Source of the DNA: Candidatus Latescibacterota bacterium
Lineage (GTDB): Bacteria; Latescibacterota; UBA2968; UBA8231
Length of the DNA: 64,000 nt
NCBI GenBank assembly: GCA_963422735.1
Contig: OY730476.1
Span: 3,328,001-3,392,000 of the forward strand
Direction: 5' to 3'
Position numbers and translations under genes: made by a program. The notes under the pieces are model-generated. The model was not told where the DNA came from. It ran no database searches and was given only the letters and a program-made list of their open reading frames with translations. Positions 1 to 8,322 of this stretch are shown one piece after another. Every line of letters begins with the position of its first letter. Position 1 is the first letter of the stretch.

Positions 1-118
1 CGCCGACTTCCGGTTATCAAAAGGTAAAAAGTATATTAAACTAGACGCCTCGATAAACGGAGAATCGTGGGGATGCAAGGGGCAGCGCAAGCGTTTAAAA
101 AAACGCCATATATATACA

Positions 119-148
119 ACAAGCCCCCGATGATCATCGGGGGCTTGT
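119..148. terminator. Perfect 30-bp palindrome, probable terminator downstream of tRNA-Met
   Basis: ACAAGCCCCCGATGA|TCATCGGGGGCTTGT, about 40 nt past the tRNA 3' end on the minus strand. Confidence 0.65.
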
Positions 149-186
149 GTTAAATAACAGACCACCAAAGTTGGCGGCTGGCCGTT

Positions 187-263
187 TGGTAGCGGCGAAG
201 GGACTCGAACCCCCGACCCATGGATTATGATTCCACTGCTCTAACCAACTGAGCTACGCCGCC
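187..263 (-). tRNA. tRNA-Met (CAT), elongator type
   Basis: Reverse complement GGCGGCGTAGCTCAGTTGGTTAGAGCAGTGGAATCATAATCCATGGGTCGGGGGTTCGAGTCCCTTCGCCGCTACCA: cloverleaf, CAT anticodon, CCA end. Confidence 0.93.
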
Positions 264-278
264 AAAAACTTGCTTTAC

Positions 279-307
279 AAGCTAGGCGGTGGGGGGGGCT
301 CTGTCAA
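279..307 (-). promoter_or_regulatory. Sigma70-type promoter for tRNA-Met
   Basis: TTGACA (307-302), 17-nt spacer, TAGCTT (284-279) on the minus strand. Confidence 0.6.
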
Positions 308-313
308 TAGGAC

Positions 314-3202
314 TCAGAAGGCAAACAGGTCCTCCAAGCCCAGCTCGACGATCTCGCCCTGCGCTGCTAGGGCCTCTAAGTCCATTTTGCTCTTGTCGCC
401 CGTGATCGAAATCAGCTTGGGGCGGCCTTGGATGTGCTGGCGGTAGAATTCGAGCACCTCGTCGAGGTCGCTGGCTTGGATCTGCTCAAAGCGCCAAGAG
501 CGCGGGTCGCCGGCTAGCCCCTTGCGCTCCCAGCCATGCACGGTCTCTAGCACCGAGCGGAACCCGAACCGTTCAGTGCGGTACTTGTTGAGAACTGAAA
601 GCTGGGCGGCGGCAAAGCGCTCGGGCGAGGCGGGAATGTCGTTGAGCAGGCCGACGAAGGCCGCAACCGCTTCGGGCGTCTTGTCGGCTTGCGTGCCCAT
701 GCCGCCGACCATGTAGTTGTAGTCGGATTTGTCGTATCCATTGAAGTAGAGAGCACCCACCGAGTACGCGAGGGCGCGCGCTTCGCGGATCTCTTGGAAT
801 ACGATGCCGGCCATGCCTCCGTAGAAGTAGTCGTTGAATAGCTCAACTGCTGGCTCGAGTGCCGCTTGGTAGGGCACATCCACGTATTCGATCCTCACTA
901 GGGCTTGGGCCATCTCCTTGTCGAAGAAGTAGATCTGGGTTTTTTCGGGCTGGGTAAACTCCAAGACCTGATAGGGCGGCGGCTCGACCGGAGACTCGGG
1001 CAGCAGGTAGTGCTGGGCGAGGATGGCCTGTACGTCCTCGATGGGTTGCGACCCGATGTAGCTGAGGGTCTGGCGATAGGCGAGCAAGCCGCTCAACAAG
1101 TCGAGCAACTCCTCGCGGCCCAGAGCGCGAACTTCCTCGTTGGAGGGGACTCGGCGGTAGTAGGCCATGTCGCCTAAGCGGTGGTAGCGGTAGAGGGCTT
1201 CGTGTATGGTGCGGTGATCTTTGAGGGCGTCGTCGCGCCGAGCGATGATAATGGCCTGAAGCTCGGCGAGCGTGGCGTCGTCGGTGGTCGGATCGTGCAT
1301 TAACTCGGACAACAAGGCGAGCGACGCGGCAAAGTTGTCGTCGAGACCCGAGATGGAAATCGTGGTCTCTTGGTCGCCGACGCTCATCCTAAAGTCGGTG
1401 CCCAGCTTGTACCACTCCTTTTTCAGTTCTTCGGAGGTAAAGCGCGGGGTGCCCGATTTGTCGAGCAGTTCGCGGGCCACGGGCAGGCGATTTTCGGTTA
1501 GAGAACCGATGTCGATCGCGATAGAAAAGTCGAAGAGGTCGTTGAGCGGGTTGCGGGCGTAGTAGAGCTTGCTGCCATCCGCCCGCTCGCGGGTAGTAAA
1601 GTCGCGTTCAGGGACGAGATAGGCCGGCTCGATCTCCGCAAAGGGCATGGCCATGACCTCGGTGAAAAAGGCCGATTGGCGCGAGGCGTCGATGTCGATT
1701 TTTTCGATGGGCGGCTTGGCGATCTCGGGTATGTCCTGCTCTCCATCGCGGCGGTAGCCGGCGACGTACGCTCCGTTGAAATAGGTGTTGGCGACTTCGA
1801 TGATGTCTTGCTTCTCGATCTCGGCCATTCGGTCGAGGGCGCGCACCGCGTGGCTCCATTCCTCAAACCCGAGATACGCATCGCGCATGAAGCCGACCCG
1901 AGAACTGTTGTTTTCCAGCCCCTGCTTTACGCTCTTCTTGAAGTCGATGACAATGGCCGGGATGATCCAATCCTCGAATTGCCCGGCCCTGAGCAGATCG
2001 ATCTGCTCCACGAGCAGGGCCTCGACTTCCTCAAGGGTCTGGTCCTGTTTGGGAATGCCCCACAAGTACTGGGTGCCGTAGTCGTTGAGTAGATAGGGAT
2101 AAGAGCCGGCTTCGCGCACCTTCTGCTGCTGGTTGAGATTGAGGTTGATTAGCCCAGCTGTGGCGTTGTCGAGGATCATGTCGAGGATCTGCAGGGCCTC
2201 GGCGTCCTCGTGTGCGCGCCGCGCAGTGCGAAAGGCCAAAAGCACATATTCCTCGCCGGGATAGTTGACCTCGACCCGTTCCACCTCTTTGATCACAGGC
2301 TCCTTGTGCTCGGGGAATTGGGGCAGTACTCTGTGCTCCCAGAGAGAGAATTCGCGGTCGATGAGCTGGATGGTCTCGTCGATGTCGATATCGCCAGAGA
2401 TGAAGATGGCCATGTTGTTGGGCACGTAATAGGTGTGATAGAACTCATACATGCGCTCTAGCGAGGGGTTTTTCAGGTGCTCCACTGTGCCCAGCGTGGT
2501 GACGCGGTAGGGATGGACCTTGTAGAATTGCTCCTGCACGGCCTTGCGGATGACGCGGCCCTTGTTGTCGAGGGAGCGGTTTTTTTCCTCATAGACGGTT
2601 TCCAACTCGGTTTGGAAGAGGCGGAAGACCGGCTCGTGGAAGCGCTCGGCCTCGATCTTGGCCCATTGCGCTAGGCGATTGGCTGGCAGTTCCACCTTAT
2701 AGACGGTTTCCTCGACCCAGGTGTGGGCGTTGAGGCCGCGCTCGCCCATCGCGGTGTAGAGGCGGTCGAGTTCATTGGGAATGGCGTAGGCCGCGGCGAG
2801 TTGGTTTTCGGCATTGATCTGTGCGTAGATTGCGGCCCTTTTTTCCGGATCGGTCTCGCCAAAGTGTTGCTCGTAGAGCGCCTCGATGCGGTCGAGGTGG
2901 ACCTTCTCCTTTTCGTAGTTGAGAGTGCCGATCTTCTCGCTGCCCTTGAAGAGCATGTGCTCCAGATAATGGGCGATGCCGGTGGCGTCTTGGGGATCGT
3001 GTTTGGAACCAGCGCGAACGGCGATTTCGGCGTGGAAGCGCGGCTCTTCCCTGTTTTGGGTCAGATAGACCGTCAGGCCGTTGTCCAACTGGTAGATGTG
3101 GGCCTGCATGGAGTCTTTGGGGTCCGGGCCGTGGAGCAGTTTGTACTCGGCCGGAAGGGCCTCGGCCAAGACTAGAAAGAAGAGCGCGTACAGGAGGGGC
3201 AT
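314..3202 (-). CDS. Secreted M16 family (insulinase-like) zinc peptidase
   Basis: Signal peptide, HYLEH inverted zincin motif, NAHT and ELETVYEE motifs, 962 aa with two M16 halves. Confidence 0.92.
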   Translation of the reverse strand: MPLLYALFFLVLAEALPAEYKLLHGPDPKDSMQAHIYQLDNGLTVYLTQNREEPRFHAEIAVRAGSKHDPQDATGIAHYLEHMLFKGSEKIGTLNYEKEKVHLDRIEALYEQHFGETDPEKRAAIYAQINAENQLAAAYAIPNELDRLYTAMGERGLNAHTWVEETVYKVELPANRLAQWAKIEAERFHEPVFRLFQTELETVYEEKNRSLDNKGRVIRKAVQEQFYKVHPYRVTTLGTVEHLKNPSLERMYEFYHTYYVPNNMAIFISGDIDIDETIQLIDREFSLWEHRVLPQFPEHKEPVIKEVERVEVNYPGEEYVLLAFRTARRAHEDAEALQILDMILDNATAGLINLNLNQQQKVREAGSYPYLLNDYGTQYLWGIPKQDQTLEEVEALLVEQIDLLRAGQFEDWIIPAIVIDFKKSVKQGLENNSSRVGFMRDAYLGFEEWSHAVRALDRMAEIEKQDIIEVANTYFNGAYVAGYRRDGEQDIPEIAKPPIEKIDIDASRQSAFFTEVMAMPFAEIEPAYLVPERDFTTRERADGSKLYYARNPLNDLFDFSIAIDIGSLTENRLPVARELLDKSGTPRFTSEELKKEWYKLGTDFRMSVGDQETTISISGLDDNFAASLALLSELMHDPTTDDATLAELQAIIIARRDDALKDHRTIHEALYRYHRLGDMAYYRRVPSNEEVRALGREELLDLLSGLLAYRQTLSYIGSQPIEDVQAILAQHYLLPESPVEPPPYQVLEFTQPEKTQIYFFDKEMAQALVRIEYVDVPYQAALEPAVELFNDYFYGGMAGIVFQEIREARALAYSVGALYFNGYDKSDYNYMVGGMGTQADKTPEAVAAFVGLLNDIPASPERFAAAQLSVLNKYRTERFGFRSVLETVHGWERKGLAGDPRSWRFEQIQASDLDEVLEFYRQHIQGRPKLISITGDKSKMDLEALAAQGEIVELGLEDLFAF

Positions 3203-3388
3203 AACCGATCCTTTGTTCGGGGTGTAAGTTGTGTAACAAGGTCATCGGAAATACGAAAAAGGGGCGAACTATGGCAAGTCCGCAAAACAGCGGGCAGCGC
3301 GTTGGTTTGGCACGTTTTTTTCTTTGTAGTACACAACGCAGTACAGCGCACCCATGACGTGGTCTTTAGGTAACGAAAAGCGGACAAA

Positions 3389-4057
3389 ATGGAAACACTA
3401 CAGATGTGGGGCCGTGCCCTGTTGGACTTTGCCTATCCGCCGCACTGCGCGGTTTGCGAAGCGGACATCGAGGCGGCCGAGTTGCTGTGCGGGTCGTGCT
3501 GGGCGGAGATTGTGTCGCGCCGCCGGCGTCCTCAGGCCGAGGACGGAGGATGTGCGTTTGAAAAGGTCGTCGCCTTGGGGCCGTTCACCGGAGTGCTGCA
3601 ACAGGCCATTTACGCGCTTAAATTTCGCAACCAAGTGCGGCTAGGAAGGGCGTTGGGCGAGCGCATGGGGCAGTGCTTGGCCGACCAACTCGCCCCGGTG
3701 GATTGCTTGTTATCCGTGCCCTTGCACCCGGCTCGGCTGCGGGAGCGCGGGTACAATCAGAGCGCGGAAATCGCCATCGGGTTGGGGGCCGTGCTCGGCG
3801 TACCCGTGTGCCACGGGGTCGTGCGCCGACGGAGAAATACTCGGCAGCAAGCCCTCTTGTCGGCAGAGGAGCGCCGCGCCAATCTTCGCGGTGCCTTTGC
3901 GCTCATGGCCGCGCCGCCCGCAAGTGCCCGGATCGGAATAGTAGATGACGTATGGACGACCGGAGAGACCATGGCCGCCTGTGCCCAAGCCGTGGGGGGC
4001 GACCGCTTGTGGGCCGTTGTCTTGGCGCGCTCGGGCGCGGGCGATCTATTGACCTAA
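3389..4057 (+). CDS. comF: ComF family protein (zinc ribbon plus phosphoribosyltransferase)
   Basis: CAVC..CGSC, VPLHPARLRERGYNQS, VDDVWTTG. Confidence 0.9.
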   Translation: METLQMWGRALLDFAYPPHCAVCEADIEAAELLCGSCWAEIVSRRRRPQAEDGGCAFEKVVALGPFTGVLQQAIYALKFRNQVRLGRALGERMGQCLADQLAPVDCLLSVPLHPARLRERGYNQSAEIAIGLGAVLGVPVCHGVVRRRRNTRQQALLSAEERRANLRGAFALMAAPPASARIGIVDDVWTTGETMAACAQAVGGDRLWAVVLARSGAGDLLT

Positions 4058-4146
4058 TTCTAATATGCTCCTACATTTAGGCGTTTTTGAAATCCCCATA
4101 CTCCAAGCTGTACTTCAGAGTTGGCCGCGAGCCAAGGAGTCCGAAT

Positions 4147-5199
4147 ATGGCCGAAAAGATGATCGGCATATTGACCGGAGGAGGCGACTGTCCGGGCCTC
4201 AATGCCGTCATTCGCGCTGTTGTGCGCAAGGGCATTACTGCATACCGATACCGCTTCCGCGGCATTCTCAAGGGCTGGAAAGGAATGATGGAGTGCGACT
4301 GGGAGCCTTTGGGCCTGGAGGAAATTTCCGGCATTTTGCCCAAGGGCGGCACCATCCTCGGCACGTCGCGGACCAACCCGTTCAAAGAGGAAGACGGCGG
4401 CGACATCGTCGTCGATAACATGCGGCGGATGAAGTTGGATGCGCTCGTGGCGGTCGGCGGCGAGGACACGCTGGGGGTGGCCAACAAGCTAACGAGCATG
4501 GGGGTGCCGATCGTGGGTGTGCCCAAGACCATTGACAACGACCTGAACGGCACGGACTACACTTTTGGCTTTGATACAGCGGTCAATATCGTCACCGAAG
4601 CCATCGACCGGATCCACACCACGGCTGAATCCCACAACCGAGTGATGATCATTGAGGTCATGGGGCGGCACAGCGGTTGGATCGCTATCCACGCTGGCTT
4701 GGCCGGTGGCGCGGATATGATCCTCATTCCCGAGCAGAAATACACCATCGAGGAAATCGTCAGCACCATCCGCAAGCGACACGAGCGCGGCAAGGACTTT
4801 TCGATCGTGGTAGTAGCCGAGGGGGCGCAACTGATTTCCGAGAAAGGCGGGGAGGACGAATACGCGGTCTCCGAGGGAGGCCTCGACGAGTTCGGCCACG
4901 TCAAGCTAGGCGGCATTGGCCAACTCGTCGCCAACTCGGTTGAGGAGGCGACGAGCTACGAGACGCGGGTTACTGTGCTGGGGCATTTGCAGCGCGGGGG
5001 GACGCCCACGGCCTTCGACCGCGTCTTGGGCACGCGCTTTGGCATTGCCGCCATCGACTTGGTGCATGCAGGCGACTTCGGCAAGATGGTGAGTTTGCAA
5101 GGCAATGAAATCGTGGCGATCCCGCTTGCCGAGGCGGTCAATCAACTCAAGGTCGTGGATCAAGAGCTATACGACCTAGCCACGGTATTCTTCGGTTGA
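4147..5199 (+). CDS. pfkA: 6-phosphofructokinase (group III, mixed-substrate type)
   Basis: GGGDCPGLNAVIR, GGEDT, PKTIDND, EVMGR; ATG at 4147 after AGGAG. Confidence 0.95.
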   Translation: MAEKMIGILTGGGDCPGLNAVIRAVVRKGITAYRYRFRGILKGWKGMMECDWEPLGLEEISGILPKGGTILGTSRTNPFKEEDGGDIVVDNMRRMKLDALVAVGGEDTLGVANKLTSMGVPIVGVPKTIDNDLNGTDYTFGFDTAVNIVTEAIDRIHTTAESHNRVMIIEVMGRHSGWIAIHAGLAGGADMILIPEQKYTIEEIVSTIRKRHERGKDFSIVVVAEGAQLISEKGGEDEYAVSEGGLDEFGHVKLGGIGQLVANSVEEATSYETRVTVLGHLQRGGTPTAFDRVLGTRFGIAAIDLVHAGDFGKMVSLQGNEIVAIPLAEAVNQLKVVDQELYDLATVFFG

Positions 5200-5203
5200 C
5201 TTT

Positions 5204-6406
5204 ATGGCCAAGCGCACTATCAGGGAGCTTGATGTCGCTGGCAAGCGGATCCTCGTGCGAGTAGATTTCAACGTGCCGCTCGACGAGGCTGGCCGGATCG
5301 TCGAAGATACGCGGATTCGCGCAGCACTGCCAACGGTTGAGCACTTATTGGCTCGGGGTGCGTCCGTAATTCTGATGTCGCACTTGGGCCGCCCCCGGGG
5401 CCAGCGAGTACCCACACTGTCGCTGGCCCCGGTAGCCGAGCACCTGAGCCTGTTGTTGGGACGTGCGGTGGGCTTGGCTCCAGACTGCGTGGGTGCCGAG
5501 GTTGCGGCCCAAGCCGCTGCCTTGCAGCCGGGGCAGATCCTGCTCTTAGAGAACGTGCGCTTCCACCCGGGAGAGGAGCAGAACGAGCGGATTTTTGCGC
5601 AGCACTTGGCCGAGCTGGGCGATGCGTATGTCAACGACGCCTTTGGAGCGGCGCACCGGGCCCACGCCTCGACCGAGGGGGTACCGCGCTGTATGGGCGC
5701 GGGGGCCAGCGGCCTGTTGATGGAGCGGGAAATTTCCTATCTCGACGAGGCCATGCGCCGTCCGCAACGGCCATTTATCGCCGTTTTGGGCGGGGCCAAG
5801 ATATCGGGCAAGATCGAGCTGATTGAGCACTTGCTCGACCGGGTGGATGCCCTGCTCATCGGCGGCGGCATGGCCTATACCTTTTTCAAGGCCATGGGGC
5901 TGGAGATCGGGGATTCGTTGCTCGAAGAGGACCGCCTAGATACGGCCCGGGAGTTATTGACCCGAGTCGAAAATGGGGGGTTGGCTCTCCAGCTTCCTGT
6001 TGATTGCGTAGTCGCCGACCGCTTTGCCGCCGATGCCCAAGCGCAAGTGGTCGCCCGCGAGGCCATACCCCGCGATTGGCAGGGCGTGGACATCGGCTCC
6101 CAGAGCCGGCAGTACTACGCCGACCAGATCGCCCGGGGAGGCACCATAGTGTGGAACGGCCCTCTCGGAGTGTGTGAGATGGCACCCTTTGCCAAAGGTA
6201 CTCAACAGGTTGCCCAAGCCCTAGCTGCCGCCACCCGTGAGGGTGCCTTGAGCATTATTGGCGGTGGGGACACGGCCGCGGCTGTAACCCAGGCCGGATT
6301 GGCCCAAGCGATGACCCACATTTCCACTGGGGGCGGGGCTTCGCTAGAGTGCATGAGCGGGCGGGTTTTGCCCGGGGTGGCGGCCTTGGACGACGAGGAA
6401 ATCTGA
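5204..6406 (+). CDS. pgk: Phosphoglycerate kinase
   Basis: RVDFNVP, SHLGRP, LLENVRF, HISTGGGASLE. Confidence 0.98.
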   Translation: MAKRTIRELDVAGKRILVRVDFNVPLDEAGRIVEDTRIRAALPTVEHLLARGASVILMSHLGRPRGQRVPTLSLAPVAEHLSLLLGRAVGLAPDCVGAEVAAQAAALQPGQILLLENVRFHPGEEQNERIFAQHLAELGDAYVNDAFGAAHRAHASTEGVPRCMGAGASGLLMEREISYLDEAMRRPQRPFIAVLGGAKISGKIELIEHLLDRVDALLIGGGMAYTFFKAMGLEIGDSLLEEDRLDTARELLTRVENGGLALQLPVDCVVADRFAADAQAQVVAREAIPRDWQGVDIGSQSRQYYADQIARGGTIVWNGPLGVCEMAPFAKGTQQVAQALAAATREGALSIIGGGDTAAAVTQAGLAQAMTHISTGGGASLECMSGRVLPGVAALDDEEI

Positions 6407-6407
6407 G

Positions 6408-7160
6408 ATGAGCCGACCCATTGTCGCTGGCAACTGGAAGATGCACAAGACCGCTGCTGAAGCTGTCGAGCTGGTCGAAGGGATCAAGCCGCTCGTCGCG
6501 GGGCTCGACGTAGAAGTCGTCGTCTGCCCGCCTTTCACTGGCCTACAAGCCGTGCGTGAGGTTCTTGCCGACAGCACCATTGGGCTGGGGGCCCAGAACA
6601 TGCACTGGGAGCGGCAGGGAGCTTTCACCGGAGAAATATCCTCCGACATGCTCTTGGCGGTTGGTTGCTCTTATGTGTTGCTAGGGCACTCCGAGAGAAG
6701 ACAATTTTGTGGCGAGGACAACTCGCTGATCAACCGCAAGCTAGCCTGCGCCCTCCAAGTCGGCCTTTGCCCGATCGTCTGCGTGGGCGAGACGCTGCAA
6801 GAGCGCGAAGCTAAGCGAATTGAGGAAGTCGTCCTCGGCCAAGTGGGCGGTGCTCTAGCCGGGATTGAAGCGAGCACAGCCAGCGCGGTATTGTGGGCGT
6901 ACGAGCCGGTTTGGGCGATTGGCACTGGCGTGACGGCGACGGCCGTGCAAGCCGAAGAGGTACATGCGATGATCCGCCACTTTCTTGCTGGGCACTTGGG
7001 AAAAGCAGCCGCCGACGAGGTGCGCATCCAGTACGGTGGCAGCGTCAAGCCCGAAAACGCAGCCGAACTCTTTGCCCAAGACAACATTGACGGGGGCTTG
7101 ATCGGCGGTGCCGCGCTGGAAGCCGGGCAGTTTGCCGCTATTGTGAAGGCCGCCCTTTAG
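6408..7160 (+). CDS. tpiA: Triosephosphate isomerase
   Basis: AGNWKM, GHSERR, AYEPVWAIGTG, YGGSVK. Confidence 0.98.
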   Translation: MSRPIVAGNWKMHKTAAEAVELVEGIKPLVAGLDVEVVVCPPFTGLQAVREVLADSTIGLGAQNMHWERQGAFTGEISSDMLLAVGCSYVLLGHSERRQFCGEDNSLINRKLACALQVGLCPIVCVGETLQEREAKRIEEVVLGQVGGALAGIEASTASAVLWAYEPVWAIGTGVTATAVQAEEVHAMIRHFLAGHLGKAAADEVRIQYGGSVKPENAAELFAQDNIDGGLIGGAALEAGQFAAIVKAAL

Positions 7161-7246
7161 CCTTAAATTTATCTCAATTAGGGATCGCGAATTGGGGCGG
7201 TAACTCCTAATCCGTAATTTCCAGAATTGGGAGCCATCACAAAACT

Positions 7247-7636
7247 ATGATTGAGATTCTATTTACGACTTTTCACGTGCTGGTCTGCTTGCTCCTAGTC
7301 GTGACCGTGCTCTTGCAGGCGGGCAAGGGGGGCGGCTTGGCCGGATCGATCGGCGGTGGCTTAGCCTCTTCCTCAGTGTTGGGGGGCCGCACCGCAGCCA
7401 CGTTTCTGACCAAGGCCACCACCATTTTGGCTACGGCCTTTATGCTTAGCTGCTTGGTGCAGTCGGTTGCCTTTCAGACGGCCGAGACCACCCCGACGAC
7501 GGCAACGCAACGGACGATGACCGAGGGACAGGTGCCAGTAGCGCCCGCCATCCCAGAAGCAGAGCACCTGCTGGGCGAGAAGGAAGAGTCGGCCGAAACC
7601 TCAACCGCCGAGGAGCCGCCGGCCGAGGCTCAGTAG
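7247..7636 (+). CDS. secG: Preprotein translocase subunit SecG
   Basis: Two TM segments, VLLQAGKGGGL, FLTKAT; canonical tpiA-secG-tRNA-Leu synteny. Confidence 0.93.
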   Translation: MIEILFTTFHVLVCLLLVVTVLLQAGKGGGLAGSIGGGLASSSVLGGRTAATFLTKATTILATAFMLSCLVQSVAFQTAETTPTTATQRTMTEGQVPVAPAIPEAEHLLGEKEESAETSTAEEPPAEAQ

Positions 7637-7656
7637 CAGTTCAGACTAGTTTTTGT

Positions 7657-7741
7657 GCCGAAGTGGTGAAATTGGTAGACACGCTGTCTTGAGGGGGCAG
7701 TGCCTTCGGGCGTCGGGGTTCGAATCCCCGCTTCGGCACCA
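7657..7741 (+). tRNA. tRNA-Leu (GAG)
   Basis: GCCGAAGTGGTGAAATTGGTAGACACGCTGTCTTGAGGGGGCAG...GGTTCGAATCCCCGCTTCGGCACCA, long variable arm. Confidence 0.95.
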
Positions 7742-7756
7742 TACATGTAAGTTGGC

Positions 7757-7790
7757 AAAGGGACTGTACAAGCGCACAGTCCCTTTTTTT
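7757..7790. terminator. Intrinsic terminator, possibly bidirectional
   Basis: AAAGGGACTGT-loop-ACAGTCCCTTTTTTT between convergent genes. Confidence 0.8.
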
Positions 7791-7810
7791 GTTTAGACTC
7801 GGCGCAGGCG

Positions 7811-8059
7811 CTAGTAGAGTGGAACGGCCTCGTCGAGGAGCAGGATGGGGATTTCGTCCTGTATCGGATAGAGGTACGCGCCATCTGCGCGCACCAGTCC
7901 GCCGTCGATTTTGCCTTCTACGGTCTTGCCGGCCCGATTCTTGACTTCCCCGTGTGCAATGCGGCTGTTGAGCTCGGCGATGAGTCCTTCCTCGGCGAGT
8001 GCCACCGGCTCTTTGGTCTCGGGACAGGCGAGAATCTCCAACAGTTCTTTGTCGATCAT
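7811..8059 (-). CDS. Trm112/YcaR family protein
   Basis: MIDKELLEILACP...YPIQDEIPILL. Confidence 0.88.
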   Translation of the reverse strand: MIDKELLEILACPETKEPVALAEEGLIAELNSRIAHGEVKNRAGKTVEGKIDGGLVRADGAYLYPIQDEIPILLLDEAVPLY

Positions 8060-8322
8060 CAGAGGTATCTCCTCGAAAAAAATCAAAGATAGACTGGTCT
8101 GTTTCCAGCGACAAGTTCATTGAGTTTAATTGAGTTTAAGTGAAAAAATAATAACATGTTATGAAAATAGCAACCCCTTCTGTAGGTCATTGACAGCCCC
8201 TTTTGAATTGGCTATGTTTCACAAGAGGCGATGCCCTTCCCCAAGGCAAGGCAGTTTGGCCTGTTGTTCGGCCGTACTCTCTAAGTGTTCAGAGGTTTTT
8301 TTAGCGCATACAAGTAGCGGAG

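Noticed and set aside
290-298. Poly-G tract in the tRNA promoter spacer as a phase-variation switch
   Set aside because: Short, single instance upstream of a housekeeping tRNA; no support for variability without reads
3308-3322. Sigma54 promoter before comF
   Set aside because: TGGCACG is present but the -12 element reads TTTC rather than TTGC, too weak to list as a feature
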